Source of the DNA: Candidatus Latescibacterota bacterium
Lineage (GTDB): Bacteria > Latescibacterota > UBA2968 > GCA-2709665
Length of the DNA: 64,000 bases
Reading direction: 5' to 3'
NCBI GenBank assembly: GCA_963667175.2
Contig: CAXXXF010000015.1
Coordinates: 192,001-256,000, forward strand
Made by a program: the position numbers and the translations under genes. Positions 30,535 through 40,408 of the stretch are shown in pieces; the first letter of the stretch is position 1; each line of letters starts with the position of its first letter. A model generated the notes under the pieces. It saw only the letters and a list, made by a program, of their open reading frames with translations, made no database searches and was not told where the DNA came from.

Positions 30535-31647
30535 ATGGCCATCGATCCTCCGTTTGCGCGTGAGACCATTGCGATTGTGGGTGTCGGGCTGATTGGCGGT
30601 TCTCTTGGCGTGGGGTTCAAGAGTCTGGGCATCGGGCGACGCGTCATTGGCATCGGCAGGCAGGAGACGCTGGAGGCGGCAGGCAATCTGAACGTAATCG
30701 ACGCGGGCTATCGTTACGAGGAACTCGCATCCGGGATTCGCGAAGCCGCGCTCGTTTTCCTGTGCACCCCCATTGTGCGTATTCTTGACCTGCTGCCGGA
30801 GGTGCTGGCGGCGGCGCGCCAGAATGCGGTCGTGACCGACGTGGGCAGCACCAAGCACGCGATTGTTTCCGCCGCGGCGGCCCATCGACGGGGCGGCGTG
30901 CATTTCGTGGGCGGGCACCCGATGGCGGGTTCCGAGCACCGCGGGGTTGGCGCGGCGGATCCGTTCCTGTTTCAGAATGCGATCTACGTACTGACACCCT
31001 CGCCGGGCACGCCCGATTTCGTGGTCGATAAGCTCTCACGCCTCGTCAGGAGGCTCGGGGCGAGACCGATGAGGATGACGCCCCGGGAACACGACCGCGC
31101 GGCGGCGGCGGTAAGTCACCTTCCGCAGATGATGGCCACAACCCTGGTATCCATGATCGGACGGATGACCGAGACCGAAGGCCTGCCGATTCGAATGACG
31201 GCGGGCGGGTTTCGGGATCTGACGCGCATTGCATCCAGCCCGTATGAGATGTGGCGGGACATCTGCCGAACAAACGCGGCCCCGATCCGCGAGATGATCG
31301 ATCTGTATATCGAGTCGCTGGCGGCGATTCGCGGCGCCGTGGACGACGACCGGCTGGAGCAGGCGTTTGCCGTTGCGAACCGGGTACGCGGGCAGATCCC
31401 GAAGGACTCCAAGGGGTTCTTGCATCCGCTGCACGAGATACTCCTGGTGGCGGAAGACAGGCCGGGCGTGATCGCCGACGTCGCCCGGAAGCTGGCTGCG
31501 GAGAAAATCAACATCAACGACATCGAGGTGTTGAACGTCCGTGAGGGAGAAGGAGGCACCATCCGGATGGGTTTCGATTCACGTCCTTGCGCGGAACAGG
31601 CCGTAGACGTGTTGGGGAAGGCGGGATACAGCGTCAGATTGAGGTAA
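30535..31647 (+). CDS. tyrA: Prephenate/arogenate dehydrogenase with C-terminal ACT domain
   Basis: GVGLIGGS, DVGSTK, GGHPMAGSE, HD..SHLP, GFRDLTRIASS, ACT DRPGVIA. Confidence 0.94.
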   Translation: MAIDPPFARETIAIVGVGLIGGSLGVGFKSLGIGRRVIGIGRQETLEAAGNLNVIDAGYRYEELASGIREAALVFLCTPIVRILDLLPEVLAAARQNAVVTDVGSTKHAIVSAAAAHRRGGVHFVGGHPMAGSEHRGVGAADPFLFQNAIYVLTPSPGTPDFVVDKLSRLVRRLGARPMRMTPREHDRAAAAVSHLPQMMATTLVSMIGRMTETEGLPIRMTAGGFRDLTRIASSPYEMWRDICRTNAAPIREMIDLYIESLAAIRGAVDDDRLEQAFAVANRVRGQIPKDSKGFLHPLHEILLVAEDRPGVIADVARKLAAEKININDIEVLNVREGEGGTIRMGFDSRPCAEQAVDVLGKAGYSVRLR

Positions 31648-31695
31648 ATGGACGAATCCCGGGACCATGAATAGATTGGCTGCGGTTTTGTGGGA

Positions 31696-31758
31696 TAACG
31701 GTCCGTTGAAAAAGTCGCTCTGCAGGCGAGCCGGATGGACTTTATCGACGGACTGATA
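31696..31758. mobile_element. Internally deleted 63-bp copy of the 4843-5002 MITE (inverted)
   Basis: First 35 nt match revcomp of 4968-5002 with 3 mismatches; last 28 nt match revcomp of 4843-4870 with 5 mismatches. Confidence 0.75.
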
Positions 31759-31840
31759 CCGCGCAGGTCGTCCAATTGCCCGCGACGGATCGTCAATGCA
31801 CGATACGGTGTGGGTTAATCATCAGTGCGAGGAGAGTCTT

Positions 31841-31981
31841 ATGAGACTGGTCTTCAGGTTATTTCTTCTGGCGTTGTTGGTGTTTCTGGGTGGCGTCGTA
31901 TATATCCGGTTCACCTACAACTGCTCCTGGAAGGAGAGTTTCGCCATTGCCGACCAGTTCGTGTCTGACCTGACCGGTTGA
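31841..31981 (+). CDS. Small single-pass membrane protein
   Basis: GAGGAG RBS; MRLVFRLFLLALLVFLGGVVYIRF hydrophobic helix. Confidence 0.6.
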   Translation: MRLVFRLFLLALLVFLGGVVYIRFTYNCSWKESFAIADQFVSDLTG

Positions 31982-32895
31982 GCGACGTGTTGAAATCGGG
32001 ACAGGGCGCCAGGTCGGAGGAGCCTCGCGTGGGTATTGTCTCAACCACGCGGCTGCTGGGAGTGATTGGCGACCCGATTGCCCATTCGCTGTCGCCGGAC
32101 ATGCACAATGCGGCCATCCGCGTTCTTGATATAGACTACTGTTACGTGGCGTTCCACGTTTTGCCGGCCAGGGTTGAATCGGCGCTTCGGGGTATGCGCG
32201 CATTGCAGATCCGGGGATTGAACGTCACCCTTCCCCACAAGACCGCGGTGATGGCGCACCTTGACCGGATTTCGGAAGAAGCGCTGGCCGTAGGCGCGGT
32301 GAATACGATTTCTTTCGAGGAGGGCGACCTCGTCGGCCACAATACCGACGTGTACGGGCTGGCCACGGCGCTGGAGCGGACCGCGGGCCTCGCGGGTTTG
32401 CCGGAGCACTGCGTGATTCTCGGCGCGGGCGGCGTCGCGAGGGCCGCCGTTTACGCGCTGGCAACCAATGACGAAGTGCGCCGCGTGAGCATACTCAATC
32501 GGACCGTTTCCCGGGCGGAATCGCTTGCGCATGACATGGAAAGGATCACGGGAAAGACGATAGACGCAGGCGAACTGACGGCAGACACCCAGTTTAGAGT
32601 CTTCGCGGATGCCGGCCTGGTTGTAAACGGGACGTCGCTGGGGATGGTTCCGGACGTGGAGCGGACGCCGCTGGCCGACACCTCTGCGCTTCACTCTGAG
32701 CTTGTTCTGTACGATACGGTTTTCAACCCGCTGGACACGCTGCTGATGCGGCAGTTCCGGTCCGCGGGCGCGCCGGCGTTTGGAGGACTGGATATGCTCG
32801 TGCACCAGGGAGCGCGTTCGTTTGCCATCTGGACGGGTGTCGAGCCGCCCGTCGACGTGATGAAGCGGGCGATTATCGGACGGTTTCGGGCGTAA
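31978..32895 (+). CDS. aroE: Shikimate dehydrogenase
   Basis: HSLSPDMHN, NVTLPHK, GAVNT, GHNTD, GAGGVA, GLDMLVHQG. Confidence 0.96.
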   Translation: MSDVLKSGQGARSEEPRVGIVSTTRLLGVIGDPIAHSLSPDMHNAAIRVLDIDYCYVAFHVLPARVESALRGMRALQIRGLNVTLPHKTAVMAHLDRISEEALAVGAVNTISFEEGDLVGHNTDVYGLATALERTAGLAGLPEHCVILGAGGVARAAVYALATNDEVRRVSILNRTVSRAESLAHDMERITGKTIDAGELTADTQFRVFADAGLVVNGTSLGMVPDVERTPLADTSALHSELVLYDTVFNPLDTLLMRQFRSAGAPAFGGLDMLVHQGARSFAIWTGVEPPVDVMKRAIIGRFRA

Positions 32896-32897
32896 CG

Positions 32898-33626
32898 GTG
32901 GCGAGTTCCTATCTTCAGGAACGCAATGCCAGGCGGGCCTTTGTGCGCCAGACGTTCGACGGCATTGCGAGCACCTACGATCTGTTGAACCACCTGTTGA
33001 GCGCCGGCGCGGATATCCTCTGGCGGCGATGGACCATCGACGCGCTGGCATTGGAAACGGGCTGGTGGATCCTGGACCTTGCAACCGGTACGGGCGACCT
33101 GGGTCTCGAAGCGGCTGCGCGCGATCCGGGGGCGCGGGTTGTGGGCGCCGACCTTTCCCGGCCGATGCTGCGGCTGGGAAACAAGAAACAGGAGAAGAGA
33201 TCCGGTCGGCTTTTTTTTCTTTGCGGAGACGCGGAGCGGCTGCCGTTTCCCGATGCGCGGTTTCATGCCGTAACCATTGGCTTCGGGGTACGGAACTTTT
33301 CGGACCTGGCGACTGGATTGCGGGAAATACACCGGGTGATGCGTCCCGGGGGCCGGCTGGCAATCCTGGAGTTCTCCCGGCCCAGGGCGTTTCTGTTGCG
33401 CAGGGTCTACTTCTTCTATTTCAGATATATTCTGCCCGGGATCGGCCGGGTTGTTTCCCGGAATCCCCGGGCGTATCGGTATCTTTACGAATCTGTAATG
33501 GGTTTTCCTGAAGGGGACGCATTCCTGAGACGTCTGGCGCGGGCCGGTTTTGTGGAACCTGAGGAACGCCGGTTCTCCTTTGGCATCGCCACACTTTACC
33601 TGGCGCGAAAACCTCAAATGTCCTAG
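32898..33626 (+). CDS. ubiE: UbiE/MenG family quinone C-methyltransferase
   Basis: FDGIASTYDLLN, LDLATGTGD, DAERLPF, GFGVRN, LEFSRP, YLYES. Confidence 0.9.
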   Translation: MASSYLQERNARRAFVRQTFDGIASTYDLLNHLLSAGADILWRRWTIDALALETGWWILDLATGTGDLGLEAAARDPGARVVGADLSRPMLRLGNKKQEKRSGRLFFLCGDAERLPFPDARFHAVTIGFGVRNFSDLATGLREIHRVMRPGGRLAILEFSRPRAFLLRRVYFFYFRYILPGIGRVVSRNPRAYRYLYESVMGFPEGDAFLRRLARAGFVEPEERRFSFGIATLYLARKPQMS

Positions 33627-33663
33627 TCAGGCAGCATAGGGAGCCGGGGGCGGCAGTCACCGG

Positions 33664-33717
33664 AGCGAGGGCATCTTGCCCTCGCTGCGCCTCGCGGGCG
33701 GTTCACGAACCGCCCCT
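33664..33717. repeat. Two adjacent REP-like palindromes
   Basis: AGCGAGGGCA-TCT-TGCCCTCGCT and GGGCGGTTC-AC-GAACCGCCC. Confidence 0.6.
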
Positions 33718-33801
33718 GCACGAACGCGGACGTCCGTAAATTGACGTTGATATCTGTTTTTCCTGCTGCTTCTCGATTGCCGCGAGAAGAGGTCCTCGTT
33801 C

Positions 33802-35505
33802 ATGAACAATCCATTCATTGATGAAATCGTATCGCAGGTCTCAAAAGCGACTGACGCGCGTCCCGATGAGGTGAGGCCGCTGATCGAAGTCCCTCCCAAA
33901 CCCGAGATGGGGGATTACGCGCTGCCGTGTTTCGGGCTTGCGAGAACGCTTCGGAAGGCGCCGAATCAGATCGCGAAGGATCTTGAAGCGCGAGTGCGCA
34001 CGGGCGCGCGTATTGCCCGGGTGAGCGCCGTGGGCCCGTATCTCAATATCTTCCTGAGCCAGGCCGAATTCGTCCGGGAAACGCTTTCGCAGATTCTCGC
34101 CAGTGGCAGGCAGTTCGGACACAGCCGGGCGGGCGCCGGGAAAACGGTCGTGATCGATTTCTCGTCACCGAATATCTCCAAGCCGTTCACGATAGCCCAC
34201 GTCCGTTCGACGGCAATCGGGAATTCGCTCTGCAGGATTTACGGGGCGCTCGGCTGGAACGTGATCGGCATCAATCACCTCGGCGACTGGGGCGCCCCGC
34301 ACGGGATGAATATCGCGGCGTACAAGCGATGGGGAGATGAGAACGCGGTCCGCAGGAATCCTCCCTTCGAGCTGTTCAATCTGTACGTGAAGTTCAATGC
34401 CGAGATGGAAAGGGATCCGTCTCTCGGCGATGACGTCAAGCTCTGGACCAGGAAACTGGAGGCGGGCGACGCCGAGGCGCTGCGGCTGTGGAAATGGTTC
34501 CGGGAAGAGACCATAAGCGACTTCAAACGAATTTACGAATTGTTGGACGTGACATTTACCGAATACACGGGTGAGAGTTTTTTTCATGACAAGGTGGGGC
34601 CGGTTGTCGACGAATTGAAGGAAAAAGGGCTTGCCGTGGAGAGTGAGGGCGCCCTCGTTGTCATGCTGGACGACGACGACAAGCCGCCGGCCATCATCCA
34701 GACGGGACACGACACCAGCGTCTATCTCACGCGGGACCTGGCCGCTGCGATTTACCGCAAGGAAACCTACGACTTCGATAAGTTGATCTACGCGACCGAC
34801 GCCGGACAGTCCCTGCATTTCCGGCAGCTATTCAAGATACTCGAACGGATGGGCTATGAATGGGCGAAAGACTGTGTTCACGTCCCGTTCGGCATTATTT
34901 CCTTTAAAGAGGGAAGGATGTCGAGCCGCAGGGGCAACGTGATTTTCCTGGAGCACGTGCTGAACCGGGCGGTTGAGTTGACGCGGGAAATCATCGAGAA
35001 CAAGAATCCGGATCTTCCCGAAAGGGACGCGATCGCCCGGGACGTGGGCATCGGCGCGGTGGTCTACGCGGACCTGGACTCGCGCCGGACGCGGGACGTG
35101 GTATTCGACTGGGATGAGATTCTGAATTTCAACGGCGAGACCGGCCCATACGTTCAATATACCCATGCCCGCTATTGCAGTGTGCTGCGCAGGTACGGAG
35201 GTCCGGCGCCGCCGGCCGGGGCAGACCTTTCTCTGCTGAGCGAACCCGAGACCGTGGCCGTTGTCAAGTGCCTGGAGCGGTTTCCGCAGCGTATCCGGAA
35301 CGCGGCCGAGGCCTGTGAGCCGTCTCTGATTGCCGGGTTCCTGATCGAACTCTGCGCAGAGGCAAACCGGTTTTACAACGCCCACCGGGTCATTTCGGAA
35401 GACGCGACCCTGACACGGGCGCGTGTCGCCCTCGTTTATTCGATCACCGCCGTGCTGGCCGCCGGACTCCATCTGCTGGGCCTGAAGGCGCCGGAGGAAA
35501 TGTGA
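33802..35505 (+). CDS. argS: Arginine--tRNA ligase
   Basis: GDYALPCF, DFSSPNISKPF, NHLGDWG, YLTRDLAAA, MSSRRG, GETGPYVQYTHAR. Confidence 0.96.
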   Translation: MNNPFIDEIVSQVSKATDARPDEVRPLIEVPPKPEMGDYALPCFGLARTLRKAPNQIAKDLEARVRTGARIARVSAVGPYLNIFLSQAEFVRETLSQILASGRQFGHSRAGAGKTVVIDFSSPNISKPFTIAHVRSTAIGNSLCRIYGALGWNVIGINHLGDWGAPHGMNIAAYKRWGDENAVRRNPPFELFNLYVKFNAEMERDPSLGDDVKLWTRKLEAGDAEALRLWKWFREETISDFKRIYELLDVTFTEYTGESFFHDKVGPVVDELKEKGLAVESEGALVVMLDDDDKPPAIIQTGHDTSVYLTRDLAAAIYRKETYDFDKLIYATDAGQSLHFRQLFKILERMGYEWAKDCVHVPFGIISFKEGRMSSRRGNVIFLEHVLNRAVELTREIIENKNPDLPERDAIARDVGIGAVVYADLDSRRTRDVVFDWDEILNFNGETGPYVQYTHARYCSVLRRYGGPAPPAGADLSLLSEPETVAVVKCLERFPQRIRNAAEACEPSLIAGFLIELCAEANRFYNAHRVISEDATLTRARVALVYSITAVLAAGLHLLGLKAPEEM

Positions 35506-36065
35506 GTCGGACCGCGCATGGTTCTCTGCTGCGGGGCAGACAGATTTTCCTGACCGGTTTCATGGCGACCGGAAAGAGCAAGGTCGGCCCGATTCTGGCG
35601 CGGCGCCTGGATCGGGTATTCGTGGATACGGACGAGTTGATCGTGGAGAAGGCCGGGAAGTCGATCCCGCGGATCTTCGCTGAAGACGGAGAAGGCGCAT
35701 TCCGTCGCATCGAGCGCGAATGCGTGTCACGCGCGGCCGGAATGCCCCATGCCGTCATTGCGCTGGGTGGCGGCGCCGTAACGCAGGAAGGCAACTGGGT
35801 CACGATTCGGGCATCCGGAGTCTGCCTGTGTCTTCGGGCATCGGCGGAGACCATTTTCAAGCGCTTGCGCAGGACCGAGGGAGAACGGCCGCTGATGGCA
35901 GGTGTGACCGATGAAGGCCGGATGGCGAAGATCCGGTCGATGCTGGCGGCCCGGGCGCCGTTTTACGAACGTGCGGACGCGTTCGTGGAGTCGACGGAGT
36001 CTCGCACGCCGGAAGAGACGGTTCAGCTGGCGGTGTCGGCATTGGAAGGCCTGCAATCGCGATAA
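35502..36065 (+). CDS. aroK: Shikimate kinase
   Basis: GFMATGKS, FVDTD, GEGAFR, GGGAV, RPL. Confidence 0.95.
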   Translation: MSRTAHGSLLRGRQIFLTGFMATGKSKVGPILARRLDRVFVDTDELIVEKAGKSIPRIFAEDGEGAFRRIERECVSRAAGMPHAVIALGGGAVTQEGNWVTIRASGVCLCLRASAETIFKRLRRTEGERPLMAGVTDEGRMAKIRSMLAARAPFYERADAFVESTESRTPEETVQLAVSALEGLQSR

Positions 36066-36076
36066 GAGAGCTGCTT

Positions 36077-37225
36077 ATGGAATTTGAGGGCGATCAGAGC
36101 GGAATGGAAACCGTACAGGTCGATCTGGGCAGCCGCAGCTATCCGATCCTGATCGGACACGGGACATTGTCCGACTTCGGCAGCGCGTACGCGGCGAGGG
36201 GGCTGGGGTCGGCCGCGGCGATCGTGACCAACCATACCGTGGCGCCGCTCTACCTGGATCCGGTCAGGGCCGGTCTCGAGGCTCAGGGTGTGGCGGTAAC
36301 GGTGGTTGAGGTCCCCGATGGAGAAGAATACAAGACACTGGAGACAGCCGGCCGGATATACGGCGAACTGATTCAGGCGGGCCTGGACAGGCGCAGCTGC
36401 ATCGTCACGCTGGGCGGCGGCGTCGTGGGCGACGTGGCCGGATTCGTGGCGGCCACCTATCTGCGCGCTATCGATTTCGTACAGGTACCCACCACCCTCG
36501 AAGCGCAGGTCGACGCCAGCGTGGGCGGAAAGACCGGGGTCGACCACCCGCTCGGCAAGAATATGATCGGAGCGTTCTATCAGCCGAAGCTGGTATATAT
36601 CGACGTGGAAACGCTGATGACGCTGCCAAGGCGGGAGGTGGTTGCCGGGATGGCGGAGGTGATCAAGCACGGACTGATCCGTGATGGAGACCTCGTGCAA
36701 TTCCTGGAGCGCGAGATCGAACGCGTGGCGGATCTGGCGGTTGTACCGGAAAAGCTGGTGGGCCTGATCGCTCGAAATTGCCGGATTAAAGCGGACGTCG
36801 TGGCGGCGGACGAGACCGAAGCGGGATTGAGGGAGATTCTGAACTACGGCCATACGGTTGGACACGCCATTGAGGCGGTGACGAATTACACGGATTACAA
36901 ACACGGAGAGGCCGTTATGCTGGGCATGCTGGCCGCCGGCAGAATCGGCGTCATCAAGGGGTTCTGGAAACCGTCGGAACTGGAACGCCAGAACGCGCTG
37001 ATCGAAAGACTCGGGATCCCGCCCGGCGCCCGCGCACTTGAAGCGGACGAACTGATGGGGCGTATGGCGAGCGACAAGAAAGCGCGGGACGGGGTGATCC
37101 GGTTTGTCCTGCCGGAGGCGATCGGCCGTGCCACGTCGTGCGACACCGTGACGCGGGAAGAGATCGGAGAGGGAATCCGGTATATGCAGAAACGCTCACC
37201 CGAATCGGGTTGCGGGTCGTTGTGA
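36077..37225 (+). CDS. aroB: 3-dehydroquinate synthase
   Basis: DGEEYK, GGGVVGD, VDASVGGKT, KNMIGAF, LNYGHT.GHA.E, HGEAV (start may be 36104). Confidence 0.96.
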   Translation: MEFEGDQSGMETVQVDLGSRSYPILIGHGTLSDFGSAYAARGLGSAAAIVTNHTVAPLYLDPVRAGLEAQGVAVTVVEVPDGEEYKTLETAGRIYGELIQAGLDRRSCIVTLGGGVVGDVAGFVAATYLRAIDFVQVPTTLEAQVDASVGGKTGVDHPLGKNMIGAFYQPKLVYIDVETLMTLPRREVVAGMAEVIKHGLIRDGDLVQFLEREIERVADLAVVPEKLVGLIARNCRIKADVVAADETEAGLREILNYGHTVGHAIEAVTNYTDYKHGEAVMLGMLAAGRIGVIKGFWKPSELERQNALIERLGIPPGARALEADELMGRMASDKKARDGVIRFVLPEAIGRATSCDTVTREEIGEGIRYMQKRSPESGCGSL

Positions 37226-37242
37226 GCAGGCGGCCGTCGGCT

Positions 37243-37746
37243 TCAACGCGTCAACCGCTCGATGACGGCGTTCTGTTCGGGAAAGCTCCGGATCAGGTCG
37301 GCCCGATTCGCCAGCTCGAAGTCTTCGAATTCGAATCCGGGAGCGACCGTACCGCCCACAAGGGCGTATGAGTCGTACTCGTTCACCGTAGCGCCGTACC
37401 AGCAGCCGGCGTTGATGACCGTTGCGAACGATTCGTTGTTGTCGGGATCGTTGCCGAGCAGGATGCGGTTGTATCCGCCGCTTCGATCGATCGTATGGAT
37501 GGTGATGGGCGATCCGGCATAGAAGTGCCAGATTTCATCGGACTGAATCCGGTGAAGCGCGGAAAAGTCGTTGCCCTCAAGGAGGAAGTAAATTGCGGTT
37601 GAGAATGTCCGCGGGCCGTTAAACCTCTCCGGCAGGACCTCAGCCGGGACGGTCTCATCCGAGCGGTATATTTCCCGATAGTAGCCGCCTTCGGGATGCG
37701 GCCTGAGATTCAGTCTTGAGATCCAGTAATCCGCATTTCGGTCCAT
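37243..37746 (-). CDS. Cupin domain protein (DUF985/Cupin_5)
   Basis: HPEGGYYRE, TAIYFLL, HRIQSDEIWHFYAG, VAPGFEFEDFE. Confidence 0.93.
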   Translation of the reverse strand: MDRNADYWISRLNLRPHPEGGYYREIYRSDETVPAEVLPERFNGPRTFSTAIYFLLEGNDFSALHRIQSDEIWHFYAGSPITIHTIDRSGGYNRILLGNDPDNNESFATVINAGCWYGATVNEYDSYALVGGTVAPGFEFEDFELANRADLIRSFPEQNAVIERLTR

Positions 37747-37766
37747 GGCAATTGGACAACCCCGCG

Positions 37767-37803
37767 GAACAGGGGCGAGAAAACCTCGCCCCTGTTCTTT
37801 TTT
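37767..37803 (+). terminator. Strong hairpin with plus-strand T-tract
   Basis: GAACAGGGGCGAG-AAAAC-CTCGCCCCTGTTC followed by T6. Confidence 0.6.
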
Positions 37804-37861
37804 CGTGACGACGCGCTTCCGGTTTCAGGTCAGGAACGGGAACGATACGCCACGAATTCGG

Positions 37862-38926
37862 CTACGCAATAACACCGCCCCCCAGACACACTTCGCCATC
37901 GTAGAAGACGGCCGATTGTCCTGGCGCCACGCCCGGGTCCGCTTCCGCCATCTGCACGGCAAGGCCGTGATTCCCGGCGGACGCGATGCGGCACCGGACG
38001 AATTGCGGACCGTGTCGGATCTTGACCTGAACGTCGTGCCGATCGGGGACGCCGGAGATCCAGTTCGGACTCGACACCGTGAAACGGCTCAACGCCCGTT
38101 CGTCCCGGTGGGTCTTGTGGGACACGTAGACCGTGTTGCCGCAGACGTCTTTCCTGACCACGTACCAGGGGCCCGCGGCCATGCCCAGCCCTTCGCGCTG
38201 TCCGATGGTGTGGAACCAGTAGCCCCGGTGGCGGCCGAGCCGGGCGCCGGTCTCCAATTCGACGATGTCGCCGGGCTGTTCTCCCAGGTGCGCCCTGACG
38301 AAATCGGGGTAGCTTATCTTGCCCAGAAAACAAATGCCCTGGCTGTCTTTGCGGTCCCGGTTCGGCAGGCCGAAGCTCCGGGCGTATTCCCGGACCTGCT
38401 TCTTGGTGAGATGCCCGATGGGGAAACGCGCGCGTTGGAGCTGGGCCTGGCTGAGTCCGGAAAGAAAATAGGTCTGGTCCTTAACGGGATCCGGCGCCCG
38501 CTTTAAATAACGGGTACCGCTGATTTCCTCGATCCGGGCATAGTGCCCGGAAGCGACGCTGTCGAAACTGCCGCCGATCCGGGCGGGGAACTCGCCGAAT
38601 TTGATGTGCCGGTTGCAGACAATGTCCGGGCTGGGAGTACGACCGGCTCTCAGTTCGGACACGGCGTGCGAGACCACCCGTTCCAGGTATGCCGCCTGAA
38701 GGGGGATGATTTGAAGCGGTACCCCCGCCTGTTCGCAGACGGCGCGTGCGTACTTGAGGTCTTCCTCCCAGGGGCAGTCGCCCAGAAAGGCAAGTTCGTC
38801 TTCAAGCCAGACCTTGAGATAGAAGGCCGTGATTTCGTGCCGGTCTTCCCGGCACAGCAGATGAAGGGCAACGGAACTGTCGACGCCGCCGGAGAGCAGA
38901 AGGGCGATTTTCATGGCTCGCTTCAA
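37862..38926 (-). CDS. mnmA: tRNA 2-thiouridylase MnmA
   Basis: SGGVDS, TPSPDIVCNRHIKF, GHYAR, KDQTYFL, DSQGICF, HTIGQR, APGQ. Confidence 0.97.
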   Translation of the reverse strand: MKRAMKIALLLSGGVDSSVALHLLCREDRHEITAFYLKVWLEDELAFLGDCPWEEDLKYARAVCEQAGVPLQIIPLQAAYLERVVSHAVSELRAGRTPSPDIVCNRHIKFGEFPARIGGSFDSVASGHYARIEEISGTRYLKRAPDPVKDQTYFLSGLSQAQLQRARFPIGHLTKKQVREYARSFGLPNRDRKDSQGICFLGKISYPDFVRAHLGEQPGDIVELETGARLGRHRGYWFHTIGQREGLGMAAGPWYVVRKDVCGNTVYVSHKTHRDERALSRFTVSSPNWISGVPDRHDVQVKIRHGPQFVRCRIASAGNHGLAVQMAEADPGVAPGQSAVFYDGEVCLGGGVIA

Positions 38927-39837
38927 TCGCTTAGGATCTGACTTTCGACGTCCAGCCCCACCCGGTTGCTCCAGGCGGTCATTATCTCTCTGAATAGCGG
39001 TCCGGGTTCACCGCTGCCAACGGGTACGTTGTTGAATTTCGTACAGGGAGCGATGCAATAGGGCGTGGTGGTGAGCCACGCTTCGTCGGCGTTCACGACG
39101 TCGTATGGTTGAAGGTCCTTTTCAATCCAGCTGAGACCGAGATCCGCCGCGAATTCTTTCACCGTGAGCAGGCTGACGCCCTGGAGGATGTTCCGTGTGG
39201 TGGGGGAGTAGACGGTTCGGTCCGAAACGATGACAAAGTTGGAACCCGCGCATTCCGTGACGTTGCCGTCGAGGTCGAGAAGCAGCGTAATCGCTTCCGG
39301 GTCGACCGTGTGGGTCTGCCGGTCGGCAAGCCACCAGTGCAGGCGGGACCGGTTCTTGGATTTCGGGTCCAGGCACTGGGGCGGGACGTGGCGCACAGCC
39401 GGCGTGACCACGTGGGCGCCGGCCTCGAAGAGATGACGCCAGACACGGAAGGGAAGCGGAAAGGAGTGGATACAGACTGTTGGCGTGAGACGGACGCCGG
39501 CGGCGGCGCTGCCGGCGTAGATTTCGTTTTCACCCGGGGTGATGAAGTGAACGATGCCAAGGTCGGCTTCGGGTTCGATCAAGTCCCGGTTCGCCTGTAT
39601 GAGTTCGTGCGTCCTGTCCCGCATCTCGTCGCAAGTGAGGCCGGGATGAATGCCGGCGTACTTGCACGATCTGTAGAGCCGGTCCAGGTGATCGTCCAGG
39701 CGAAACGGCGCATGGGCGAAGGTTCGGGTCATTTCGGTTAACGTGGCGCCCAGAATGATGCCCAGGTCGTAGATCCTGATTGCGGCCTGAGAGGCAGGCA
39801 CGAAATCTCCATTCAGATAGACGATAGGTTCCTTCAT
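38923..39837 (-). CDS. PLP-dependent aminotransferase class IV (BCAT/D-AAT/ADC-lyase family)
   Basis: YLNGDFV, FRLDDHLDRL, ECAGSNF, ILQGVS, ADEAW. Confidence 0.9.
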   Translation of the reverse strand: MKEPIVYLNGDFVPASQAAIRIYDLGIILGATLTEMTRTFAHAPFRLDDHLDRLYRSCKYAGIHPGLTCDEMRDRTHELIQANRDLIEPEADLGIVHFITPGENEIYAGSAAAGVRLTPTVCIHSFPLPFRVWRHLFEAGAHVVTPAVRHVPPQCLDPKSKNRSRLHWWLADRQTHTVDPEAITLLLDLDGNVTECAGSNFVIVSDRTVYSPTTRNILQGVSLLTVKEFAADLGLSWIEKDLQPYDVVNADEAWLTTTPYCIAPCTKFNNVPVGSGEPGPLFREIMTAWSNRVGLDVESQILSD

Positions 39838-40168
39838 ATACTCGCTCCAACCGTCGGGTTACCGGAGTGACGTCGAAATGGGTTGACAACCCGTCCATAA
39901 TATAGCGGCCGGGTGACGTCAGGACAAACGGAAAGGGATTTTGCGGAGGCAGGAGGGAAAGGCTACCATCTGGGTAAGGGCTCTGGTGCGCGCCATGCCG
40001 TGAAAGGCGCTACCGCATATAAAGATGATGCCTCAGCCCGAGGAGGGATTCGAGACGTGAGGCATTGGAGGGTAAAGACGATGATTGTGCGGGAGTGGGT
40101 TGACTCTCGCCGGTTTCCGCTGAGCGCTTGATTTCTGCTTGCGCCTCTTGCTGTACGCTTCCAATTGT

Positions 40169-40408
40169 CTAACCAGTTCCAGGTGGCGCGTCAAGAAAGA
40201 GCCACCGAACAATAACACCAAACCAACCAACGATGGCAATAATGATAAGACCCCAAACGATCCTGTACATTCTATCAAAATTGGACGAAGAGTTGGTCAG
40301 CGAAAGTTGAAACTGATAGAAGCCTGCCTCAAGACCTGCCAGGCGTTCTCTAATATCCCGGATATCTTTGCGCAGTTCGGGTTCGCTAATTTGATCCACG
40401 TCGGTCAC
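40169..40408 (-). CDS. Small coiled-coil + C-terminal TM protein, putative toxin partner
   Basis: AAGGAG RBS, GTG start overlapping the Panacea gene by 23 nt; LRKDIRDIRERLAGLE coil then IVWGLIIIAIVGWFGVIV. Confidence 0.7.
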   Translation of the reverse strand: MTDVDQISEPELRKDIRDIRERLAGLEAGFYQFQLSLTNSSSNFDRMYRIVWGLIIIAIVGWFGVIVRWLFLDAPPGTG

